DNA of 64,000 bases, taken from Podarcis gaigeae. Taxonomy: Eukaryota. The notes under the pieces were generated by a model. The model had not been told where the DNA came from, did no database searches, and was given only the letters and a program-made list of their open reading frames with translations. The translations under genes were made by a program, and so were the position numbers. Position 1 is the first letter of the stretch; each line of letters starts with the position of its first letter. The stretch lies in NCBI GenBank assembly GCA_964106915.2, contig OZ066922.1; one strand, 5' to 3'. This document shows, one piece after another, positions 37,495-48,757 of the stretch.

Positions 37495-37805
37495 ATTTAT
37501 TTATTACATTTAGATCCCACCTTTCTACTAAAGATCTCAGAGGAGCTAGTTGATTTTCCCAAGCCACCATTTTTATACTCCTTGTGAGGTAGGTTAGGTT
37601 ATGAGTGTGACTGGTCCATAATCACCCAGTGACATGGGCCGGGGGGGCAGGGAAGGGCAATAAAAATACATAGCAAACTGAGGTTCTGCGCCCCCCTCAA
37701 CAAAAGGTCTGCCCCCCTAAGAAAAATCCTGGCTACGCCCATGCCCAGTGAGCTGAGTGAGAATTAGACCTGGGTTGTGTCCCTCGGCCCTAGTCTGACC
37801 CTGCA
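37495..37805 (-). mobile_element. CORE/MIR-like SINE interrupted by a hAT MITE
   Basis: TGTGAGGTAGGTTAGG...GTGACTGGTCCATAATCACCCAGTGA [insert] GCTGAGTGAGAATTAGACCTGGG. Confidence 0.65.
37633..37743. mobile_element. 111-bp hAT MITE with 8-bp TSD
   Basis: CATGGGC...GCCCATG ends; CCCAGTGA duplicated at 37625-37632 and 37744-37751. Confidence 0.85.
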
Positions 37806-39279
37806 AGCACTTCAGCTTATTGACTTTACCCAAAGGGTTGGGCTCAGGCTGCCTGCAGAAGGATCGTCCCATAAGAATGGTGCTCATTTGCCCTGGACTT
37901 AGGTGGGAATGAGTTTTCCCCAGAATCTTGTAGAAGCTATGGATCCGAGGGCTGGGCATTCGTAGGCATCCTCCTCTCTCTCAGTGTGGCACCAATTATC
38001 CTTAGAATAGCAACCTTGCAGGCCGCCCTTAAGCATGCTTACTCTGAAGTATTTCCACTTGGCTTTCTGGAATATACTTCTTGGTGAATATATTTAGAGT
38101 TTGAGTCTTAATTTGTTCCTCTTCCTTCTGCTCCCATAGACTCAGGGCCTTTGGCGTTGAATGGTTATTCCTCCGCCACTTCATCTGCAACTCCCAAAGA
38201 GAGCTTGGGTTAGACTTAATTTTATACCACTGGTTGATCTGGGGTCGAAAGAAAACCTACTAAGCCACATGAGTGGAAGCAAACGCACTTGAAAGCAATG
38301 GGCATTCATTGCTCAGAGGTAAAATGCAGGTTGACCCACCAGCCCACGTTAAAGTTCTAGGAATCTGTAAAGTGGTTTTCTCCCAATGGAAGTCATCGAG
38401 ACTCACTCATCCTATATACTTTTACTTGGAAGTAATTCCCAATTAATTAAGGCTGAAGTCCTTAATTATCGAAGATAAATAATAATGAAATAAATAATAT
38501 TTCTAACTTCCTTCTCATAAAACATCTTAAGACGATTAGCAGTAAAAACATCAACAAAGGCATGTATGAATACAGGGGTCTTCACACATTTCATATAGTG
38601 TACAATCTGTGTGCCTGCAGTTACAATGGCTTGAGCTGCACAAATCCACAAGTGCATCCTCTTTCACACAAACGTTTGTATTGCAACCTTAGACGTGATC
38701 CACATATTGTCATCAGTGAGTGATACAACCCCCGTTTTGCAGTTGGGGCAGAATTCACTCATTCATTTATTTGAAATATTTCTTAGGCACCCCTTCATCA
38801 AAAGATTTCAGGGTCGCTTGTACATAATACATATGTTCACTGTAATGCCAGAATAATCCTTAGGGAATGTGAAATGGAGATACCAGCCAGCCCCCTTTTT
38901 ATTTTGAGTGAGCACTCTGAAACCTTCGTTCACACAAGCCAACAGGTACACCGTGGCAGAAATGGTCCGGTTTCTTTTGAGTAACAATATTAACTTGGTA
39001 ACACCCAGAGTGGCCCTCTATGCAGTGGCTGCAAAAAATAAAATGGAATTTAAAAATCCGGAAAAGGGGGTTAGATAAAATCCCTAAATTGTTGTACTGA
39101 TTCGGAAATTTAATTTGAAATCAAATTGAATTTTGTTTGAGTCTCTGGTCCTCATGGATGTTGGCACATATTATGGCTGTATGATCTGCATTGTTTTATT
39201 GGTACTGTTGCTGGGAGTTTGTCATGGCCTTTGACTAGAACAATAATCTTATATTGATCCTATGGAGTGAGCAGTCTTA

Positions 39280-39375
39280 CTGTGCAATCCTTTGCATGTT
39301 TACTCAGAAGTAAGTCCCACTCTGTTCAGAAGAGAAGAGGTTACTTCCTAGTAAACGTGCTTAGGATCTCCGCAT
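39280..39375. mobile_element. Family A hairpin MITE
   Basis: GTGCAATCCTTTGCATGTTTACTCAGAAGTAAGTCCCACT...TTACTTCCTAGTAAACGTGCTTAGGATC. Confidence 0.7.
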
Positions 39376-39394
39376 CATGTTGCAAGATCCATTA

Positions 39395-39515
39395 GGCTGT
39401 GTCCAACCTTACTCCTAACTCAGAGACGACCCATTGAAATGAACGGATGTGACTAACTTAGGCACATTGATTCCAATGGGCCAACTCTGAGTAGGACTAA
39501 CATTGCTTACAACTC
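39395..39515. mobile_element. Family B MITE
   Basis: GGCTGTGTCCAAC...CTCAGAG..GACCCATTGAAAT...TGACTAACTTAGG...CAATGGG..AACTCTGAGTAGGACTAAC. Confidence 0.7.
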
Positions 39516-40179
39516 ATTTTGATTTCAACTAATATTTGATGTACGCAACTATAGGAAGAAGTCCATGAATCACCCCCACCAAGTAAACATTGTCAATGTT
39601 GACAGCCTTACTTCCAAGGCTATCACCTTCAGCTAAAATTTGATTATTGAAAGAAAAAGACGACACGGAATAGCAACAAAATCGCATGTAATTTACTCTG
39701 CTTAATTCTAGAGACTTTGTGCCATGGGTCTGTAGACTCTTAAACGCAAAAAGAAAATAACATAGAACGAAGATCACAGAGAGATGTTTATTTTTATTTT
39801 TACCTTAAATATGCCCAAGACAAATTATAAAATGTGCGGGGGGGCGACGACATTACAGTAGAGATGAGAAAGAAACTATGCAAATAACAACTGTTTAAAT
39901 ATAGTGTCCATATTTGTTGTATATAGGGGGGCAGGAAGAGAGAGAGAAAAATGCGAAAGTCACCCTAGCAAGACTTCTCTTAGAGATTCTTCAGCAGGGC
40001 AGAAATTTCTGCCCATATGATTTAAGTACCATAGTGCATTTCAAACAGGACTTGAGATCGGAATTGGGTCCGTCGCACCTTAAATCTGGGGCGAGCATGG
40101 GCACTCCTTCATGCATTCAAATAGTTCTCTAGTTTGTCGACTAATAACATTGGGAAATGGCTAGGAGCGCTCCAGTGCC

Positions 40180-40450
40180 TCGATGGCGCGTCGAACAAGC
40201 CAGCCCTGACACTTTATTGATACCACCCACCCACAAACAAGTATTTTCTACTCCCCTGGTCGATTTGTGTAACTGGAACTGCTGGGGTGGGGGCGGGAGG
40301 GAAGAGGAGGGGGAGATGCAGCCCGCCAGATGTCAGCTGGCCTTCAAGACTCCCGGATTTCTGCATAAATTAATTATCTGAAGAAAAAGAAGGTTTGGCG
40401 GAAAGATGATACAAGCCTCTGCGAATAAACCTGTCAAGCTGTAGCCTGAC
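40180..40450. promoter_or_regulatory. Candidate upstream HAND2 enhancer
   Basis: CCAGATGT E-box 40326-40333, CAGCTG 40334-40339, TAAATTAATTA, GATA TTATCT 40374-40379, TGTCA sites; non-repetitive. Confidence 0.4.
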
Positions 40451-40813
40451 CCCCCTAAAACACAATCAAGCTTGCTTGCCAGTGTATCCTCATGACTTCA
40501 GTGAAACTTGTTTCTGTGGCGTTTTAAGCCAACCGTTTCTCCTGGCTTGCCTCTAATCGGTTTAATAGGAGGAGATGCAAACCACAAACCCGCTGGAGTC
40601 ACAGGACAGCCTTTAAATCCATCCAGCGCCTCCGGTCGAGCTGGGAAGTAGACTGTTCCGTTACCATTCTCGCTGCCCCGACCCGCGAATGACTCGAAGT
40701 CCTTCTGCAGTGGAAGGGAATCCAAAAAAACTGGGCGTGACACGAATGGAGCGCATCTAAGAGAAAAGCGGGATATAAATATGCAGCTATAAGAAATATA
40801 TCAGCATTATGAT

Positions 40814-40942
40814 NNNNNNNNNNNNNNNNNNNNNNNNNNNNNNNNNNNNNNNNNNNNNNNNNNNNNNNNNNNNNNNNNNNNNNNNNNNNNNNNNNNNNNN
40901 NNNNNNNNNNNNNNNNNNNNNNNNNNNNNNNNNNNNNNNNNN
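40814..40942. other. Assembly gap
   Basis: Run of N. Confidence 1.
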
Positions 40943-41524
40943 TTCTGATGAAGGAGGTAAAGGCAATGATTTGCCTCCATTGAAAATCGTGGGGTGCAGT
41001 TCCCAGGAAAGGGGACGAGAAAGAATTGCTATTGCAATACAAGGGAGGGGTTGAAAACATGCAAGCAAACAAACAACACATCATGTGATGACAGCTGGTG
41101 GGGGGGATGAAAGAGAAGGGCGCACGACCTCAGGTGCCACCTTGCAAATATTTACTACTCCTTGGCCTTACTATGGCTGAGCTAATGCTGAGTTGAAACT
41201 TTGGCAGAACCCGCTCGCAAGACCCACCAGCTAATGTAAGGAGGACGATTTCAAAGGCGATTAATACACCCAGGACTTGATTTCATTTCACTGCGATTTA
41301 CTTCCAGGTGAACCAACCTGTTCGGGGTTAGGCTGTAAAGAGCACAGGGCAGCCGGATCCTAAACACAGGTTTTGATTGGGATACGAAAAGTCACTACGG
41401 TTTAGAATCCCAATTTGGGTAGGAACGAACAAGAGGGAGGCGGGAGAGAAAGTGGCGATTGTCTTCTAAAGAAAACTGTTTAGCATCCGCGCCTTATTCA
41501 GGTTATAAATGCATGCGGTCGTTT

Positions 41525-41697
41525 NNNNNNNNNNNNNNNNNNNNNNNNNNNNNNNNNNNNNNNNNNNNNNNNNNNNNNNNNNNNNNNNNNNNNNNNNNNN
41601 NNNNNNNNNNNNNNNNNNNNNNNNNNNNNNNNNNNNNNNNNNNNNNNNNNNNNNNNNNNNNNNNNNNNNNNNNNNNNNNNNNNNNNNNNNNNNNNNN
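41525..41697. other. Assembly gap
   Basis: Run of N. Confidence 1.
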
Positions 41698-44600
41698 GAA
41701 GTGTGTAGATTAGAACGAGGGCCACACGATGCCTGGTTTGGAGAGGTCTTATTGGGGACCGTCCTGTCTCCTGGTGTATCTGCTGTTTTCACTGGGAGCC
41801 CAAAGAAGCTGTTTAGGAGTACAAGTCAGTGATTGCAGTCCTACGGACGCTTATATTTTGGAGCAAGTCCCATTCATCCTGTTGTTGTTTGATTGTATTT
41901 GGGAGCGGCTTTAGAGGCGGAGGAGCCAATACCGGGGAACAAAAACTGGCACAGAAGTATATCTCAGAATTTGTTTCCGAGTCAGTATGAATCAGATCGC
42001 CGTGCTTGCAGAGGGTTTTGATTTTTTAATCTTAGGGGGAGAGCGCTCTTGTATTACCCATCAAAACTACAACTGTACAGCTTACATTATATTCCTGTTT
42101 TCCTCCATTCGCTTGGCTACGTGACTTTAGAACTCATTTTTAAGTGGCAATTTAAAAGCCGTGTGCCGGCTCCTTCATTGTTAATAAATTGGGAGGGGGA
42201 CGAATAAAAACTAACTCTTAAAACACAAAAAGCGTTTTGTTTTCGATTCCCTTCAGTTAGTCTTTGGGGCTCCTTTGGTATGAGTTTTGCAAGCGAAAAC
42301 AAATGCCTGCAAAAGAGTGCACCTCTCGCGCCCCCCCCCCCTCCTCTGATACAGACACGCATAATATAAGCACATATTTTCCCCTACTTGGGTTCATTTT
42401 TAAACCCAAGCAAAAGGGGAAACGGAAGTTAGAAGGCAAGGGAAATAATTTGGTTCCCAAGAAATAAATGTGTGGCTTGAAAACACGGGGACCGAAAGGG
42501 TCCCAACGCAGCCATCTAGCCGGTCCCGCCTATGTCACCTGTCCAGGGCCTTGCGCACGGAGGACTCTTGTCCGCGTCCACGAAGCGGAGCTCTCCCGGC
42601 ACCCGTAGTTCAGGACCCTCTCCGGGACATACCTTGACCTGCGATTCAGTGACACACTTTACTGAACTGCGCCCTCCCTCGGACTTGCAGAATATCCACT
42701 CCACCGTGCTCCAGTTCCGCCCAGGCTGCTTTTACTTTTCCACACCAGTTTGAGAAGGCTCAGGCCAGAAGGACAACGAAGCTCCCTTGAAAGGCAACAA
42801 AGAAGCAGTTATGAATGTATTGCTGGGACTAGAATCTGGCAAAGAGAGCAACCTTATTTCTTTCTTCTTCTTCTTTTCCTTCTCTCCTCTTTATCCTCCA
42901 GATCAGCATCCGCGCATTTCCTCGTAGCCATCCTCCTAGTTTATAATTTTCTCTTCCCTTTATTCCTTTGCTCGTCCACCTTTCCTTTTCTCCCCTTCCT
43001 GCTTCGCAATCCATAACTCTGAACATCCTCCATCTGTGTCTCTGTTTATTTATTTATCCTGCATCCCAGGAAGCAGAAATATTGGAACTGAAACCGGTTG
43101 GGATCCATCCTCCTAAACACGTCTAATCCGCAATAAAGCGTTTAGAATCCTGCTCTAATTCGACTGAATCCCACAACCGCTCTCCTGCAAACCGTCATTT
43201 ACTTAAGCAACCTATAAGTGTGCAGATTTTCAGTCTGAGCTAATAATATATACTACTATCACCAAACGTGAGCTCCTGTCTGTTTTACAGTTTATAAGCA
43301 GCACCAATATTTGGAAATTATCATAAAACCTCTCGAAGAAATAGAAATCAATGCTGCATTGTAATGGAGTTCAGTGCGCATTTCTACGAAGTCACACCTT
43401 TAGGATTTGAGTGGAAAAGAAAGCGCATACAATTTTTATTAGTATTATTCCTAGGGTGTGTATCTGTTTGAGGCACGGAGAGTGTGCATGCCGGTGTGTG
43501 GAGAAGATTTCAAAGGAGACTATGGGAAAGGAAAATAAGTGATCCTGCGCAGGATGCGTCGGCCTGGCGGTTTGGGGTAAATAAATAAAGCCACAACTTC
43601 TGAGAACCGCAGGACGCTGCGTCCTATTGGCGCGCTTTGCAAATCAAGAAGTGGCGCTTTAAAGGCCGCGGTTTGGGCGTCTAGATAAGGGAAGCCGCTC
43701 CCTCCCACCCCAAATGGCATTCCTTAAACGGTTTGCGGGCTGCTCTTCTGATCAGTATCTCAGGTGGCTCTGGTCGCATTTCGCTCTGCCGCTTGCTTGC
43801 CAAAGCTTTTTATCCCTGGAGATATTAGGGAACCAGCTGCAGCGGTTCACCACAGCCGCTCTCAAGTTTTTCAGGCTTGCGTTGGGGGCCCGCCTGAGAG
43901 ATGGCACGCCATTTATTTGCACTCGAAATTGTCTGCAAACAAATAGGTCCATTCAGCCTCTGCAAAGCCCACATTTCTGGACTGATTAATTAACACACAC
44001 GCGCACACGCATGCATCCAACCACAACGCATCCAACTATTATTCAGATCCCCTCACAGCTTTTTCTGGAGCAATGAACTCTTGCTAAACTTTGGTGAACA
44101 GCCGGACCCGCAAACTCAAAACTGGATTGTGGTCCAAACAACTCAGATCCTAATCTAAAAGTCTAAAAGGATTTTGTTCTAGGAGGAAATGAGTCCCGCT
44201 GCCTATGTTCAAGGGATCTTATTTCCCAGTACAGGACTGCTGCGTCAGAACACATAACGAAGCATATTCCTTGCAAACAAAATCAACTGAGGCCAAATGC
44301 GGGATCACTTTGCTTGGAGATCTGGGTGCTAATCGTCTTACAGTTCAATGCCTTGCATGTCTGCTCGGGAGCGAGTCACACTGAATTCAAAGGGCCTTGC
44401 TCCCAGAATAACTGTGGGCATAGGATTGCCACCAACATATGCCTGGACCTGAAAAGCGGAACCGGGCCAAACGCTTGGATGAACCCGTGGTCCTGGTGAG
44501 GACTCGGATTTTCGCGTCCTCGCTGCTCTCCTGACTGCATACTTCACTGTAAGTGGGCGCGACCCAAGTCCCACCGAAAGCCATGGCCCAATTCTCGTGT

Positions 44601-46984
44601 GACTGAATGGTTAGGATTGCATTCGGTGTTCTTCCCTGCGTTGTACATCACGGTTTCGCAAGAATAATAGCCAACCACGAGAGCGCCCTGGATTGAGACA
44701 GGAACACGCCGCAATATACTGGAAACAGATCTGCACGTCCCATTATAACATTCATGTGGCTTATATTTCTGTTTGTTTCCATTATACTACCGCTATTTAC
44801 TCTGCATATTTCATTCAGCTCTCCACTCCCGCACTGAGCTACACATACACACCCACGCCACCGGGATATAACGTGCACTTAGGTTTATTTCAGACGCACA
44901 GTATTCTGTTCGGAGCAAACGAGAGGAACGGTTTTAAAATTATGTAGGATCTCGCTGGTGTTAGGATCATCGCCGGCGGCAGACCGTTCCTGACACTCTG
45001 ATGTTAAAAGTTCACAATCCTAGTCATAATCCAATTGTACACCAGATTGCACCCCCATTTGAATACAACAGGATAAGAGTATAAGACTTATTTACTTTTT
45101 TTTTTTACCCTAAGCAAACAGCAAAGCTGCAAAACAGCAACCACGCCCTTTCATTCAATTTCCATTCGTACTAAAGCCGAGGGCACGCTCCGGTCTTAGG
45201 TGTGCTATGCATTGCAATGCACCAGCTGAATTAGGTTCAGTACCGCTGTCCCTGTGAGGAAGCATGGCAGGGAGAACCTATAAGCCTTTCGGCACGGTCC
45301 TAGCATGCTTACTCGGGAGTAAACGCCGCAGGGTTGTAATGAGGATAATTCAGGTAAGGGCGCACGGGACCGCAGCCTTAATATTTTCCCTTCACTTTTG
45401 CCATTCAGATTAGACTGTAACCAATAAACTGGAAAACAAGAAAAGCGACCTTGGAATGGATCCTCATCTCCATGTTTAATCTGCCCTTCCTTCTCTCAAA
45501 ATATCAGGAAACCAAGAACATTTCCCCCCTCTGTGGGCCTTGCAAAAGCCTGCGATGTGCAAACAGTTAAGCCGATGTGCTCGGATTTGAGCCCATGGAA
45601 GCGACCACAAATAAAGAAATCGTATTTCCTTCCAAGGATTCTCCTGGATCGGTGATTTGTTGAACTCCGATTTTGGAACCGCGTCCTAATCTGCTCCAAA
45701 TCCTACCAGTTCTCTTGCCAAGACTGGAAAGATTCTTTTGCCCAGCCATTGAGTCTTCGTGGAGGAAGGAGACAGGGAATGTACTCAGATTCCTTTCTCC
45801 GAGCTACCAGTTTCTCTGTGAAATGCAGTCAGGGATCCTTTTTCCTGTTACAATGTGTTCGACATCTCCCAAGCACAAAAATCTATCCCTTTATCTGCTG
45901 GCGTTGTGCCGGGCCTGCCTATTAAACATCTCTTTTAACAACTCCCTGCTCATAAGTGAAACCCCTTTTACTTTAAGTTTGCCTAGGCATTTCGATATAG
46001 ATAGATATATTCAGTATTATGATTATTGGTGAAACAAGAGAAAGACAGGCAGATCTTTAAATTTTGGTGAAAGGAGAAAATAAGGTCACGACGTGCTGTT
46101 AAAAAGATTTGGTTACTTACCCAGTTGGGCTGGCTAAGTGAAGGGGAAGCTGAGTTCAGGCAGGGATTGTGTGAACGCCCAAACTGCTGAAATAAATTGA
46201 TTCGGGTTCACATTGCTTTCTTTTGAAAAGTAATTTATTCCTTAAAATCTCTCTTGCACCCGACCCCCGTGCTTGGCCTTTTGGGCAACAGACTATTTTG
46301 TACAGACAGGAAACAAATTCCCCCGCTTTGCAACTGATTCGATCTAGTTTTTGATTGTTTACTTTTTGCCACGTACATAGTGCGATTGACAACTCCGGAT
46401 AAGTCCTAAGCAAACTAGAAGTCTGCTGTAAAGTGAATTGCGGGAGGAAACTCATTTTGCACTGTCAGTAGAAATGGATCTCATTGATTTTTTTTGGGGG
46501 GGTACTTCCAAGTGATAGCATATTGTGGCATTCATTAGGGGGGAAATATTCTGATTGTCCCACACTACCCTAAAAAAATATATATATCCTGAAAAAAAGT
46601 CCTAACAAACATTTGTAACTTCATAATCCATCACCTCTCCGCTACTGCTGTCACTACTCTTTGAGTAACACAGTCCCTATTGCAAGATCATAAACAAGCA
46701 TACAGTGACAGAAAATATACTCACATACGGGTGCATTATAATTATAATAACATAATTATATTGCATGCAGAGTATATGCCAAACCTTAGAACCATAGAAC
46801 ACCTTAATTGAGATAATCAGCTATTTTAGTCCTTACATCTATCAGCCTGTCTATCTGTTCCTCCATCTGGCTCTCCATAGCATCAACCCAAATAAATGCA
46901 TGCACGCCCGCATACTTACAGCGAAACGTTGTTAAACCCTCGCGTTAACCTCTGTTGATGCTTGGAGGGGGGGACCCTTTGCCT

Positions 46985-47175
46985 CGTTTATTTTAATTAT
47001 ATTATGGATAGGAACCGCAGCCAATCCTAAAAGAGAAGCCGAACAATTAGCAGCGCGAAGATCAAAAAAAGTTTTATGGCCCGCAGAGGGAGGCCCCGCC
47101 TCCCGGCTGCCCGGATTGGCCCGGAGAGCCTCTGACGACATATATTAACCCGAGCTGCCCTAAACATGTAGCTGT
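46985..47175 (+). promoter_or_regulatory. HAND2 core promoter (probably bidirectional)
   Basis: CCAAT 47021-47025, TTTATGG ~47073, GC box ~47092-47100, reverse CCAAT 47115-47119, half-CRE TGACG 47133-47137, TATA-like TATATTAA 47141-47148. About 30 nt downstream is AGCTGTACATGGAGATC (47170), which resembles the 5' end of mammalian HAND2 mRNA as I recall it. Confidence 0.8.
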
Positions 47176-47861
47176 ACATGGAGATCGGCTGGGAAATTCG
47201 ACCAGTGCCCTGCGCAGCTCCGAGACCGGGAAGCCTTTTTTGAGCCTTGATTTTTTCCCCCTCCATCGTCGCCAGCACCACCATCTTCTTCATTCTCGTC
47301 CTCTTCCTCAGCTTCTCCTTCGGGGCGAGGAAGAGCTGCGGATTTCCCTGGTGGGGCAGCTGCGAAGCAGCCAGCAAAGTGGATGGGAGCCGGTCAGATT
47401 TAACCGCAGGAGTCGCTTCCCGTCCAGGGAGGAGAAGGAACTGGACCCACTGGGCAAGCTGGGGGGGACATTCCAACCAAGGGGAGGCTGTCGGAGGAAA
47501 ATGCAGGTGTAAGTAAACATCCCCCCCGCCAAGTTGTGTTCATATATATCTTTAAAATCCCTCTAAGAAGACGCCACAGGAAAAAAGCCAGCGAGGGAAA
47601 CCCACCTCACCTTTTGGAGACGGGAGGGGTCCCTCTTTTCAGGGGGGACCCTGCTCCCCTTTCTTGTCTTCCTTCGCCCCTTCAGTCCCAACCTCCCGGG
47701 CCGCATGAGTGCCGAGGGAGGCCCTGATCCTGCTGCCTCCAGGGGGCTCGGGGGGCTCTGCAGCTCTCCTCCGATGGCCACCAGCCTCTGTTAAGACGCT
47801 CTTCTCGGCAGCGCAGATCCAGGGACCGGATCGGGGGCGCGGGGCTCCCGGGGCCCCGGCG
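47170..47861 (+). other. HAND2: HAND2 5' UTR (~690 nt, GC-rich, with uORFs)
   Basis: Lies between the inferred TSS and the ATG; the TSS is inferred from TATA spacing. Confidence 0.65.
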
Positions 47862-48443
47862 ATGAGTCTGGTAGGGGGCTTCCCGCACCACCCCGTGGTC
47901 CACCATGAGGGCTACCCCTTCGCCGCCGCCGCTGCAGCCGCCGCAGCTGCCGCCGCCGCCAGCCGCTGCGGCCACGAGGAAAACCCCTACTTCCACGGCT
48001 GGCTGATCAGCAGCCACCCTTCGGAGATGTCTCCTCCCGACTACGGCATGGCGCTCTCCTACAGCCCCGAGTACGCCAACGGCGCGCCGGGCCTGGAGCC
48101 CCCCGCGCACTACGTGGGCGGCGTGGCCCCCCCGGGCAGCGGCGGCGGGCCGCCGGGTTTAGGGGGCGGCCCGCGGCCGGTCAAGCGGCGCGGCACGGCC
48201 AACCGCAAGGAGAGGCGCAGGACTCAGAGCATCAACAGCGCCTTCGCCGAGCTGCGCGAGTGCATCCCCAACGTGCCCGCCGACACTAAGCTGTCCAAGA
48301 TCAAGACGCTGCGCCTGGCCACCAGCTACATCGCCTACCTCATGGACCTCCTGGCGAAGGACGACGCCAACGGCGAGGCCGAGGCCTTCAAGGCCGAGAT
48401 CAAGAAGACCGACGTCAAGGAGGACAAGAGGAAGAAGGAGCTG
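47862..48443 (+). CDS. HAND2: HAND2 coding exon 1 (194 codons: His/Ala-rich N-terminus and bHLH domain)
   Basis: ATG at 47862 gives [20 protein letters not shown](A)13SRC, then the b[60 protein letters not shown], matching vertebrate HAND2. Ends ...KKEL, followed by donor GTCAGT at 48444 (phase 0). Confidence 0.98.
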
Positions 48444-48639
48444 GTCAGTACGGCCCCGGAGGGAGGGAGGGAGGGAGTGGGGAGGGAGCGCTGGAGCACA
48501 ACCACACACATTCCCAAGCCCAGTCCGAAGAAGGACGCTCTTCTCCTGAGTTGGGAGCAGGGCCTTCTTTCCCCCAGAAGTAGCTGCTCTCGAAGTCTGC
48601 TTCCTTAGCAGTCAAGAAGAGGGAGGCGGCCTTCTCCTC

Positions 48640-48757
48640 CTATTCCAGCGACTGTCGGAATGCAGTTTTCCTCGGCCCCATGGCCAATGGTCAAGGGTGT
48701 TGGGAATGAGAGGTGTAGCCCATCAAGCCGTGGAGGACCACAGGTTTCCCGCCCCTG
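48640..48757. mobile_element. Family C hAT MITE inside the HAND2 intron
   Basis: CATGGCCAATGGTCAAGGGTGTTGGGAAT...GTGGAGGACCACAGGTTTCCCGCCCCTG right arm. Confidence 0.55.

Noticed and set aside
35463-41832. Long ORFs containing X runs
   Set aside because: Artefacts of reading through N gaps.
47709-47861. 51-codon in-frame N-terminal extension of HAND2 from GTG at 47709
   Set aside because: Non-ATG start chosen by the ORF caller. Known HAND2 proteins begin MSLVGGF, and open frames are expected by chance in GC-rich leaders.
47682-48517. Antisense ORFs of 142, 116 and 60 aa overlapping HAND2 exon 1
   Set aside because: Shadow ORFs caused by GC-rich codon usage; no recognisable domains.
48444-48608. 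Read-through of the exon 1 ORF to a stop at 48608
   Set aside because: A donor at 48444 and a perfect exon 2 exist; the read-through peptide is intronic and unlike HAND2.
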